Shown: in pieces, positions 25,394 through 36,296 of the stretch
Layout of the letters: each line of letters starts with the position of its first letter
How positions within the stretch are numbered: position 1 is the stretch's first letter
Source of the DNA: Octopus bimaculoides
Lineage: Eukaryota
DNA length: 37,135 nt
Direction of reading: 5' to 3'
NCBI RefSeq assembly: GCF_001194135.2
Contig: NC_068999.1
Coordinates: 35,808,929 to 35,846,063, forward strand
Position numbers and translations under genes: made by a program
The notes under the pieces: model-generated
Databases searched by the model: none
The model's input: the letters and a program-made list of their open reading frames with translations, nothing else
What the model was told of the DNA's origin: nothing

Positions 25394-25894
25394 CTAATAA
25401 CAAAATTATTCCCTGCCGTTCCACTTAGAACAGTGATACGAAAATATCTGAAAACATCGTCAGTCAATAACAATAATAACAGTAATGATAATCATTATTG
25501 CTGTTGTTATATAAGTTTCATAACATAAATATATTATGAAAAAGAATGCAAATAATCGCTTGTAGAAGAGCAACAGCAAGATAAAGAATATGAAGTGCTT
25601 CCAATTATCTCTGCTTGACTTTAAACTAAACATTTGACCGAAGCTTTTAATTACTTCGAGTTTAGAAACTCTTAAAGTGAGATTCTACAAGGAACTGAAT
25701 CCCTTTCATTGAACGGGACGAAAAGTTCCGTTCACTAATAAACATCTTGATTCCTTCTGACCGAAACAACACCCAGAAGCGAATCAGAGGAGAAGAGAAC
25801 AATACTTCTGTTATTAATTTCTTTTCATACTAAATAAAAAGGCCTTACAAATGAAATAAACGGGATGTATGAATATGAATGTAAAAACAGTAGC

Positions 25895-26266
25895 AACAAG
25901 GGCACTCAGAGAGCGCAAACCTCCACCAAGGCAACACCAACGTCCTCTCAATGATTAGCCAGAGATGATTTTTAAAATGAGAATATCTGAAATAAACTCG
26001 ACTACGCTCACAAATGAGAATACTACAAATGAACCCGACCGCTTTCAAAAATTAAGTCTAAAAACCGGATAAACAATCCAGAATCCTTGTCCAGTACCTG
26101 ATCAATTCCAAAATCTAATCAGTTCGTGCCAGTCACGAGGCCAAATTTCTCTGAAAGTTTCATTCGAATCCATCCAACAGTTCTTGAGATATCTTGTCCA
26201 CGGTCGAACAAACGAACACGACTGAAAACAATACCTCCGCCTTCGCTAGGGCGGAGGTCATAATAA
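25895..26266 (-). mobile_element. Non-autonomous Helentron-associated element (HINE / DINE-1 / Pearl-like)
   Basis: Minus strand: 5' ACCTCCGCC-8nt-GGCGGAGGT perfect IR (26233-26258), short GTTY tract, 3' subterminal GGTGGAGGT (25919-25927), then hairpin GCGCTC-TCT-GAGTGC (25902-25916) and a T-rich end. Confidence 0.65.
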
Positions 26267-26469
26267 TTTGACTCTGCTAAACTCTTCTCTAACAATAATC
26301 TTGAACTCATTGCTTATAATCTTGGCAATAATTTTGAACTTATTGCTTAACAGAATAATAAGAAGAAAGCCGTCAATGTGGTTCCTTTTGTTCAGAACTT
26401 TTCCCCGAAGTCCTGCCATTCTTTGTCTTACAAATGTGGGAATCATCTTATTCTGCTGTCATTTGCGGT

Positions 26470-26636
26470 GACCAAAAGGTAGCTGAAGAGATCTGGCGTT
26501 TTAACCAAAAGGAAGAACACAACCATATGTGCGCGACATGGTGATCTCATATCAAAATAAACAGCGCGTGACCTCGCAGGTGGGGCCCAGTTAGAATTTT
26601 CTTCAGGTCGAGTAGCCCATCCCGCTCAAAAGGTGG
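26470..26636 (+). repeat. Dispersed repeat family D fragment
   Basis: GCAGGTGGGGCCCAGTTAGAATTTTC..GAGTAGCCCATCCC.CTCAAAAG is shared with 34612-34670. The left boundary is uncertain. Confidence 0.75.
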
Positions 26637-27062
26637 ACGAGGCTGAAAAGACTGAAGACAACTTCCTCTTCGTCAAAGCCTCATCGCTTTCTTCAAGTTT
26701 TACTTGAAAAGGAAAGTCAGGATGGAGAGGGAAGTGCTACCACCCACCTCAGTAATTTTTTTGAAAGGTGGGTGAATATGACAAGGATGTCCTGTATGAA
26801 TGGGTCTACTCAGAGTATGTGTCCACGGGAATGAAGAGGAGAGAGGTACCCTTCCGACGTCCCCTTGGTGTTTGAGGTGTCCAGAATGTGAAGGGTTCTT
26901 TGGTTGCCCCTGGATCGAGCTTTTGGGGCAATTTCATTGTTGTATTTTTGCCAATTGTTCTAGTTTTATTTTATACACGAGGTTTTGTGCTAAGCCCCAC
27001 TTGTCCTTTGTGTTGTATTGTTCCTTTTTCCTTTGTGTTCGGTCTTTGTGGCCAATAAAGCA
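26634..27062 (+). mobile_element. 3' end of a Tx1/L1-type LINE (ORF2 C-terminus plus 3' UTR)
   Basis: WTRLKRLK..LIAFFKFYLKRKVRMEREVL..RWVNMTRMSCMNGST (with shifts), pyrimidine-rich 3' UTR, AATAAA at 27054-27059. Confidence 0.7.
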
Positions 27063-27146
27063 TTTTTAATTTATCATTATTAATAGCGTTGTTCTTGTTG
27101 TCGTTATAATAATGATAATAATAATAACAACAACAACAACAACAAC

Positions 27147-27179
<33 letters not shown>

Positions 27180-27205
27180 TATTATTATTATTATCATTAT
27201 TATTA

Positions 27206-27240
<35 letters not shown>

Positions 27241-27536
27241 GTTATTAGAATAATTGGGTCCTGATGATAATCAAGAAAACGGTGGATGATGGTGCTTTAA
27301 TTAATCATTATGGATGTGTTAAAATTAATAGCGATTGTGCTATAGAATTAGAAATATAACTGGTACAAAATATGCAATTGGTTTTAATTAATTATATACT
27401 AATTAAATTGTATTGATTACTCGTTTCGTGGAAGATGAAAATTTGGAATTAATGTTTAGAAGCAACGACAATACAAATATATATACATATACCTGTATAT
27501 ATACATACCAACTGTCTATCTATCTATCTACATATT

Positions 27537-27946
27537 ACTCTTTTACTCTTTTACACGCTTCAGTCATTTGACTGTGGCCATGCTGGAGCACCGCCTTTAG
27601 TCGAACAAATCAAACCCAGGACTTATTCTTTGTAAGCCTAGTACTTATTCTATCGGGGTTTTTTTTTTGCCGAACCATTAGGTCTCTGGGACATAAACAA
27701 ACCAAAATCGGTTGTCAAGTGATAGTTGGAGGACAAACACAGACACACAAACATAGAAACGCACAAATAAATATATATGTATATATATGACAGGCTTCTT
27801 TCAGCTTCCGTCTGCTAAATCCACTCACAAAGCTTTGGTCTGACCGAGGCTGCAGTAGAAGACACTTGTCCCAAGGTGCCACGCATGGAACTGAACCCAG
27901 AAACATGTGGTTTGGAAAGCAAGATTTTTACTACACAGCCACACCT

Positions 27947-27950
<4 letters not shown>
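27537..27950 (-). mobile_element. SINE family A, full length
   Basis: All family A blocks inverted, from the GCGCAGGTGTGGCTGTG head to the (AAAAGAGT) tail. Confidence 0.92.
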
Positions 27951-27991
<41 letters not shown>

Positions 27992-28562
27992 NNNNNNNNN
28001 NNNNNNNNNNNNNNNNNNNNNNNNNNNNNNNNNNNNNNNNNNNNNNNNNNNNNNNNNNNNNNNNNNNNNNNNNNNNNNNNNNNNNNNNNNNNNNNNNNNN
28101 NNNNNNNNNNNNNNNNNNNNNNNNNNNNNNNNNNNNNNNNNNNNNNNNNNNNNNNNNNNNNNNNNNNNNNNNNNNNNNNNNNNNNNNNNNNNNNNNNNNN
28201 NNNNNNNNNNNNNNNNNNNNNNNNNNNNNNNNNNNNNNNNNNNNNNNNNNNNNNNNNNNNNNNNNNNNNNNNNNNNNNNNNNNNNNNNNNNNNNNNNNNN
28301 NNNNNNNNNNNNNNNNNNNNNNNNNNNNNNNNNNNNNNNNNNNNNNNNNNNNNNNNNNNNNNNNNNNNNNNNNNNNNNNNNNNNNNNNNNNNNNNNNNNN
28401 NNNNNNNNNNNNNNNNNNNNNNNNNNNNNTATATATATATATACTGAAGTATATATACTCAAGACATAGCAAACGATAGATGAATAATGCATAGGATGAG
28501 AAGAGGCAAGAGTTGAGGGAGATGGATACACAGAAATAATATATCGAGAAAGAAACGGTTAT

Positions 28563-28740
28563 ATAGATAGATAGATAGATAAATAGACAGATAACTTTCT
28601 TTTATTAGCCACACAGGGCTGCACACAGAGGGGACAAATACAACTGTAGAGCTTTTCTTTAAAAAAGAAAAGAAAAAAAAGGTAAAAGAAAAATTAACAA
28701 ATCCAATCAAAAGGGATCGGTAGGGGCCAAAAAAAAAAGA
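28563..28740 (-). mobile_element. 3' UTR fragment of a Tx1-like LINE with (TATC)n tail
   Basis: Reverse complement GTTGTATTTGTCC..TGTGTGCAGCCCTGTGTGGCTAATAAAA resembles the 3' end at 27014-27059. No coding part is present. Confidence 0.5.
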
Positions 28741-28791
28741 TAGATAGATGGATAGGTAGATAGATAGATAAAGCAGATTTGAGCCTCGTTT

Positions 28792-29195
28792 CACGTGGCT
28801 GTGTGGGAAGAACTTTGCTCCCCAGCTACTTGGTACCAGGTGCAGTGCAGCTGTGCGTCACATTATTCAGGTATATTCAACTACAGCTCTGAGCCAGGCA
28901 ATGACTTATGAGTAGATTCGTCAGACAGAAACTCAAAAAAGACTGGTGTATATTTATATATATATGTGTGTGTATGTATGTGTTTGTGTGTCTGTGTATG
29001 TCCCTCCAACATCGCTTAACAACCGATACTGTTTACGTCCCTGTAACTTAGCGATTCGGTAAAAGACTGATAGAATAAGTACTAGGCTTACAAAGAATGA
29101 GTCCTGGGGTCGATTTGCTCGACTAAAGGCGGTGCTCCAGCATGGCCACAGTCAAATGACTGAAACAATTAAAAGAGTAAAAGAGAGTAAAAGAG

Positions 29196-29197
<2 letters not shown>
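28792..29197 (+). mobile_element. SINE family A, full length (diverged head, young tail)
   Basis: Tail GATAGAATAAGTACTAGGCTTACAAAGAAT..GGCGGTGCTCCAGCATGGCCACAGTCAAATGACTGAA is nearly identical to the 27537 copy; the head is much more degenerate. Confidence 0.9.
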
Positions 29198-29280
<83 letters not shown>

Positions 29281-30771
29281 TNNNNNNNNNNNNNNNNNNN
29301 NNNNNNNNNNNNNNNNNNNNNNNNNNNNNNNNNNNNNNNNNNNNNNNNNNNNNNNNNNNNNNNNNNNNNNNNNNNNNNNNNNNNNNNNNNNNNNNNNNNN
29401 NNNNNNNNNNNNNNNNNNNNNNNNNNNNNNNNNNNNNNNNNNNNNNNNNNNNNNNNNNNNNNNNNNNNNNNNNNNNNNNNNNNNNNNNNNNNNNNNNNNN
29501 NNNNNNNNNNNNNNNNNNNNNNNNNNNNNNNNNNNNNNNNNNNNNNNNNNNNNNNNNNNNNNNNNNNNNNNNNNNNNNNNNNNNNNNNNNNNNNNNNNNN
29601 NNNNNNNNNNNNNNNNNNNNNNNNNNNNNNNNNNNNNNNNNNNNNNNNNNNNNNNNNNNNNNNNNNNNNNNNNNNNNNNNNNNNNNNNNNNNNNNNNNNN
29701 NNNNNNNNNNNNNNNNNNNNNNNNNNNNNNNNNNNNNNNNNNNNNNNNNNNNNNNNNNNNNNNNNNNNNNNNNNNNNNNNNNNNNNNNNNNNNNNNNNNN
29801 NNNNNNNNNNNNNNNNNNNNNNNNNNNNNNNNNNNNNNNNNNNNNNNNNNNNNNNNNNNNNNNNNNNNNNNNNNNNNNNNNNNNNNNNNNNNNNNNNNNN
29901 NNNNNNNNNNNNNNNNNNNNNNNNNNNNNNNNNNNNNNNNNNNNNNNNNNNNNNNNNNNNNNNNNNNNNNNNNNNNNNNNNNNNNNNNNNNNNNNNNNNN
30001 NNNNNNNNNNNNNNNNNNNNNNNNNNNNNNNNNNNNNNNNNNNNNNNNNNNNNNNNNNNNNNNNNNNNNNNNNNNNNNNNNNNNNNNNNNNNNNNNNNNN
30101 NNNNNNNNNNNNNNNNNNNNNNNNNNNNNNNNNNNNNNNNNNNNNNNNNNNNNNNNNNNNNNNNNNNNNNNNNNNNNNNNNNNNNNNNNNNNNNNNNNNN
30201 NNNNNNNNNNNNNNNNNNNNNNNNNNNNNTATATAATAATATAGATTTAATCAAAAGATTAAATGTGACACTTAAAATGTTTGAGGCACCAGAATTTGGT
30301 AGGGTAAAAACCAAAAACAAACTCAAGAGATTTGGTGAATAAAATGTGAAGCAAGGCAGCAAAAATTCAATAGGTTATAGCAGTACGTACGTTTCGCACA
30401 AGCTCCATTTATTCATGTCGTGAGAACACTACATAAAATGTGTAATGAAAANNNNNNNNNNNNNNNNNNNNNNNNNNNNNNNNNNNNNNNNNNNNNNNNN
30501 NNNNNNNNNNNNNNNNNNNNNNNNNNNNNNNNNNNNNNNNNNNNNNNNNNNNNNNNNNNNNNNNNNNNNNNNNNNNNNNNNNNNNNNNNNNNNNNNNNNN
30601 NNNNNNNNNNNNNNNNNNNNNNNNNNNNNNNNNNNNNNNNNNNNNNNNNNNNNNNNNNNNNNNNNNNNNNNNNNNNNNNNNNNNNNNNNNNNNNNNNNNN
30701 NNNNNNNNNNNNNNNNNNNNNNNNNNNNNNNNNNNNNNNNNNNNNNNNNNNNNNNNNNNNNNNNNNNNNNN

Positions 30772-31645
30772 TGTAGTGGCGGACAAAAAACAAGACAGGA
30801 AAACAAACGGAAAAGAAAACAAGACAGGAAAACAAACGGAAAAGGCCATGCGGCCAGACGTGAAAAAGTATGTGTATATGAACGCTGTGAGGCACGAACT
30901 TGAAAGTGGGGACGTAGTAAGTTCGCGTGTTTGCTCGGCGATAGCCAAGGAAGAAAAGGATTATTGACCGGAAGCATGTGACCATGCAGGGGTAAGGGAG
31001 AGAGAGAGAAAGAGTGGTAGAGGGAGAAACAAAGGGAGGAAGTAGAAGAATAGGTGAGCAACGAGAGAAAGAAAGGAATATAGTAGTAACAGAAGGAAGT
31101 ACGAGGGGGGAAGAGAGAGATATAGTAGTAACAGAAAGGAAGAATGAGAGGAGTAAAGAGAGATACGTAGTACCAACAGAGGAAGAACGAGAGGGGGAAA
31201 ATCTGATAGAGAAAGAGATAGAGTAGCGTCAGAAAATATAAAGTTGAAATTACTCACAACAGTGGTGACGCTGGCGTTCGGTCATGTAAAACAAATAATA
31301 AATGAGTATATGCATATATACGTACAGGTGTGTGCATACCTACGTCTACCTGTATATATAGGTGCATATCTGGGTACAGGACATTGCAAAACAAAACGTA
31401 GACAAGAAATAATAACAACCAGAGTACAGAAAACACACAAGCCACATAGAGAACATTTTCCTTCATCAGCTACCCCCATTTTAACACCGGCGTTTCGAAG
31501 AGTTGGGCAGGACGCATCGTTAAAACGGCTCTTGCCATGGACCGCAAATTAAATTTGTATACACAAATTAAACCTGCGCCATGGAGGAATCTAGTGGCGG
31601 ACAAAAAACAAGACAGGAAAACAAACGGGAAAGAAAACAAGACAT
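30772..31645 (+). mobile_element. Internally deleted (miniature) LTR retroelement, probably Gypsy-derived
   Basis: TGT..ACA-bounded 490 bp LTR (30772-31261), PBS-like TGGTGACGCTGGCGT (31263-31277), GRIVK integrase-end-like motif (about 31507), purine tract GGAGGAA (31583-31589), then a second copy of the LTR start (52/53 identical, 30774-30826 vs 31592-31644). Confidence 0.6.
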
Positions 31646-31662
31646 GTTTCTGTAGCAATCAA

Positions 31663-32448
31663 CTAATGCACAATGCAAAATTTGCACCTTTATGTGCCCT
31701 TATTGAAAGTTGAAACTTTTTCAGGGTTGAATCAACCACATTTATCAGATAGGATGAAAATTAAATACAAGTCCAGTCGAAATACACGTGATGTTGTCAT
31801 TATTCCAAAAATAGCGTAGATTGTGACTTTTCCAACTCTGCTGGTTAAGAACAAAATGACTAGCTGTCCAAGGAATTTTAGAATTCCGCAGACTTAGACC
31901 GTTCTTAAATAGTAAGTGGTAGTATTAACGCTCAGTGTCAGGTTACCTTACGTATGTTTTTACTGTCATTATCCTCCATCTGCGTAGCCTCTCTCTTGTG
32001 TCGTGGCATATTCATGCCATTGACGAATCATGGCTTATTCCTCCTCCATTTATTTCTGTCTCCCGCAACATCAACCAGGTCTTTCTCGCTCTGCACGTTC
32101 ATTCTCTTCTACGTCCAGTCGAATATCTTCATTCCCTGCATTCCTCTCGCTCTCCTTAGTAGAGGTAGCAATACCAAGAAGAGCGAGGATAATGACAGTA
32201 AAAACAATAACCTGATAAGAAGCATTACTAATACCACTCACCGTTTTAGGATGCTCTATGTCTGCAGAATACTAACATTCCTTTGACAACTAGCCATTAT
32301 GTTTTTAACCAACAGAGTTGCAAAAGTCACAATCTAGGCTATTTTTGGAACAATGACAACACCACGTGTATTTCAGTTGGACTTGTATTTAATTTCGATT
32401 CTATCTATTAAGTGCACATAAAGATGCAAATTTTGCATTGTACATTAG
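31663..32448. mobile_element. Foldback / long-TIR MITE-like element
   Basis: Arms 31663-31976 and 32185-32448 are reverse complements (roughly 80% identity by eye; about 40 bp extra in the left arm). Termini CTAATGCACAATG / CATTGTACATTAG. Confidence 0.85.
31977..32184 (-). pseudogene. 3' end of an RTE-clade LINE ORF in the foldback loop
   Basis: RRARGMQGMKIFDWT*KRMNVQSEKDLVDVAGDRNKWRR, then a shifted MI.N..(R)HDT-like end, resembling the RTE C-terminal R.RGR....DW..A.DR..WR..I pattern. Confidence 0.6.
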
Positions 32449-32624
32449 GCGTAGAAAATGTGTAGGTGTAGACATGTAAAGAAGTAGTTAACTGCTGAAT
32501 AAAGCTAGATATAAATCTCTAATCACATTTATTATAAATTCATTATATGTGTGTGTAGGGGGTTGTGTTTGTGTGTGTGTTCGTGTACATTTATGTGTGT
32601 GTGTGTTTGTGTTTGTACGTGTGT

Positions 32625-32810
32625 CTGTGTGCCTGTGTCTGCCCACCACCATTGCTCTACAGCTGTTTTGAATTGGTTACGCCTTCACAACTTTGCAGTT
32701 CGACAAAAAAGTAACCGATAGAATTCGTACCAAACATTAAAAAAATTATTCGACTTTCAAGACGATGCCCCAACCTGGCCGCAGTCCAGTGACTGAAACA
32801 AGTAAAAGGT
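32625..32810 (+). mobile_element. SINE family A tail
   Basis: ACCGATAGAAT..TGGCCGCAGTCCAGTGACTGAAACAAGTAAAAG matches the family A tail. Confidence 0.75.
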
Positions 32811-33444
32811 AATTTTTTTCACAGAGTAACTAAATATATATAATTTCATCTACGCATTTCATGAAAAACATTCAGTGTTTGCGCTTTAGATAATAACAGA
32901 TCTCGGCCACGAGACTTGCACTAGGTAAACACATTTATTCGAGCAACGAACTGATAATTAGTTGTCTTAGTTATGATCATATATAACAACGTCTTTGACA
33001 GATTATAGCCCTCAGCAACTAATCGTTGACTCAGCCTGGCAGTACACGACGTTAGTCTCAATAATTAACACATGAATTTGAAAAATGTCATGTTGTGATG
33101 TTCATAGATGTTGATCCTGTTAATAAAAAGGCTGAATACAAGAGTATTAAGAAAGTAATTGGAAATATTCATGGTTTCATGTGCTAAAGCCTATAATATT
33201 GAGTAACAAAATTTTATTTGCTTATTTATTTATTTATCTATTTTTTTGTCTTTGGTTAGTAAGTGTTATTTCTTATCTGCTTCTCTGTGGAAATCAAAGG
33301 AAAGGACTTCTGTTCCCTTCAAACTCTGCTTTTTCTTTTTTTTTGTTTTTTTTTTTTTGATCTGTTTTGAAACTAACCTATTTTCCATTACATTTCAGAC
33401 AAATTCAGCACTGAGTTGCTAAAGCAGAAATATCGTTAAATCAA

Positions 33445-33680
33445 ATATTTTGTAAATACCGCAGATTTGCTTGTCAGTTGCTTGACCTTAAGCACTTGAA
33501 AATGTGGCTGACAATATGTGCATCTCTGAACATGTGGCTAACAATATGTGCATCTCTGAACATGTGGCTGACAATATGTGCATCTCTGAACATGGGGCTG
33601 ACAATATGTGCATCTCTGATCATGAGTGAAAGTAGGCAGAGAGCATCATAGCCATGTCTTGAGTGGAATTCTTTGTGGTT
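33445..33680 (-). repeat. Dispersed repeat family D, inverted, with internal minisatellite
   Basis: CAGATTTGCTTGTCAGTTGCTTGACCTTAA..GTGGCTGA.ATATGTGCATCTCTGATC..GAGCATCATAGCCATG is the reverse complement of 34770-34900. Confidence 0.8.
33502..33621. repeat. 30-bp minisatellite, 4 copies
   Basis: Unit ATGTGGCTGACAATATGTGCATCTCTGAAC at 33502, 33532, 33562, 33592, with at most two substitutions each. Confidence 0.97.
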
Positions 33681-34059
33681 TTAATAAATGTAGCAAATTT
33701 TTATACTTATATAGCCAATTTTTATACTTTCTTAGTGTAAGCAAATAGGACATGACAGTTGCTACCCAAAGACAAAAACCGTATTACACAGTGTAATTGA
33801 TTGAGAGACAGGTGTCCTGGAGATGAATGTATGTGTTTAAAAGCCATTGAAAGTGTTCCTTCCCTTATAATATTTTATTATGTAAGTAACCTGCTTAATT
33901 CTGTTTCTCTTGATTTAATTCACGATAATAACGAACTCGAGAGAAAATAAGCCTTCAGGAGCTTAACGATATCTTAAGCCAGTGTTGGATCGTCAATAAA
34001 ACGGGATTATGTTACCTGGAACAGTGTTTATCATCATCTATTATCTTTAAAGTATTTCA

Positions 34060-34263
34060 TTTATTGGGCCATGCTTTGGCATCGGCTTGAAGGGTTTAGT
34101 TGAACATACCGTTGAACATATCGGCCTAACTACTAATTTTTGTTTTTTTTATGTTTAGTACTTATACTATCGGGATCTTTTGCCGACCGCTAAGTCAGAG
34201 AAATGTGAACAAACTAACACCAGTGCAGCATTGGAAGGAGTCAAGCGCAACCACACACATGCA

Positions 34264-34310
<47 letters not shown>

Positions 34311-34520
34311 ACACGTACACATACACAATAGACACACACAAATACATATACATATACATATACACGAGAGGTTTCCACATAGTTTCCGTCTACCAAATTC
34401 TTCACAAGATAATGGTCGGTGTTGGACCATAATAGAAGACACATGCATCCGGTGCCGCACGGATAGAAAGGACCGGGAACCACGTGTATATGAACCACTC
34501 ATACATGTCATCTATCTAAA
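34060..34520 (-). mobile_element. SINE family A, diverged, with internal (CA)n
   Basis: GGCCATGCT..TTGAAGGGTTTAGT tail, TTTGCCGACCGCTAAG, (CA)n, AGTTTCCGTCTACCAAAT, AGAAGACAC. Confidence 0.8.
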
Positions 34521-34609
34521 CCCAACTGTTGCCAACACTTCCGTATTGTTCCCGTTGCTGAACGGCCTTGTATTGTTTAACCCAAGTTCTGCAAAGGCTG
34601 CTAAACAAC

Positions 34610-34928
34610 GCATGAACTTGCAGGTGGGGCCCAGTTAGAATTTTCTACAGGGTGAGTAGCCCATCCCACTCAAAAGTTCCCTGAATAAGGGTTGTTTAAG
34701 GATGCTGAACGAAATACCCATGTTTCCAGGGGTGAATTATCCAAACCCCAAAGAATCTCTTTCAACCCATGGCTATGATGCTCCCCCACTACTTCTGATC
34801 GCGATCAGAGATGCACATATCATCAGCCACTAAGGGACATGCTTATCTTGTTAAGGTCAAGGAACTGACAAGCAAATCTGTGTTATTGGGCAGAATATTT
34901 GCTGTAGCCCATCTATTATACAAAGATA
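34610..34928 (+). repeat. Dispersed repeat family D, longest copy
   Basis: Overlaps both the 26570-26636 and the inverted 33445-33680 fragments; followed by (ATT)19. Confidence 0.8.
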
Positions 34929-35054
<126 letters not shown>

Positions 35055-36017
35055 GAGCATTATCGCTGTGAAAACAACATCCATTCATGATTTTTTTTTC
35101 TTAAATACATGTTTTATCTATGAATTTGCGTGTGTAAATTGGGAATGCATACAACGTTTCTCTGCCCTAGGTGTACGGAAAACACTCGGCGAGAAATGGG
35201 AAAAAATTTGAAGAAAGAAGAAAAAAAAAACATAATAATAATAATAATATTTGACTCTAGATCATTCACGACAGAAGAGAATACTGTTCTTGCACTTTTG
35301 GTGGCTTAAGCCTAAGTTAGCCCCGTGTGAGTAGACAAAGACTGAATAAACGCCGAACCTCTTGTGGGGGATTTTCTTTTAACACTGTTAATTATAACCT
35401 CTTTGGGAGACAATGGGTTGTAATTTGAACAAGAATTTCAGTTATGTGTAACACAGCGAATAAGCACATATTACTTCGCTTAATGTCTCACCTGATGTAA
35501 TTTAACTCAAAGTAAACCCAGATCGACCAAACCTATAAAGAAAATATGCCCCTCTCCGCAGTAGCCCATCAATTTTAATATTTAAGATATTGTTTCTGAA
35601 ATGAATTTAACCAATGGGTTTCTTCCCGCTTTAAAGACAATGTGGTTTGACTTGTAAATCATTTGGCTGCTATTTCTAACTGCTCGTGCAGCCATGTAAA
35701 GAATTGTCTTCTCCGCTCTTATTTTTTTCTTATTTTGAGTAGTACGAAGGAGAAAAAGTTTATAAACACATTTATTTGTTACAGACGAGTGTCCTCTCTC
35801 GGGAGTGGAACCAACTAGTTGTTTGTTTCACGCACCGAGAAAACAAAATTAAGCAGGAGTCCATTGGGAAAATAATTATACTAGCAAAAAAACACAAGGT
35901 TTATACAATCGTCAAAAGATACAGTTTTGTCAAGAAAACAGAACGTTCAAGATTTTCTCTAAACATGTAACTTGATTACAGAGGAAAATACTGCAAAATG
36001 CTGTTGTTTTTATTCAG

Positions 36018-36098
36018 ATAGCCGCGCTTATCATTACTACCTTAATACTAGAAAATAACAGAGAAGAGTCAACAAACTTGTCAGTAATTGCAGAATTT
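36018..36098 (+). CDS. Candidate internal exon of an unknown gene
   Basis: TTGTTTTTATTCAG acceptor, GTAAGT donor, 81 nt; only the phase-0 frame is open: IAALIITTLILENNREESTNLSVIAEF. No homology recognised. Confidence 0.3.
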
Positions 36099-36262
36099 GT
36101 AAGTGACAGAGGGTTTGAAATAATGACATACATACATACATTCATACATACATACATACATGCATACATACATACATATGTACATACATACATACGTACG
36201 TACATACATACATACATACATTCATATACATACATACATACATATATACATACATACATATA

Positions 36263-36296
<34 letters not shown>

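Noticed and set aside
33370-33439. Strong acceptor (ACTAAC..TTTCAG) followed by KFSTELLKQKYR*
   Set aside because: Only 13 codons, no partner exon, and it abuts a repeat copy.
33502-33621. CRISPR-like array of 30-bp repeats
   Set aside because: Units are head-to-tail with no spacers, no cas genes, eukaryotic context, and the unit derives from repeat D.
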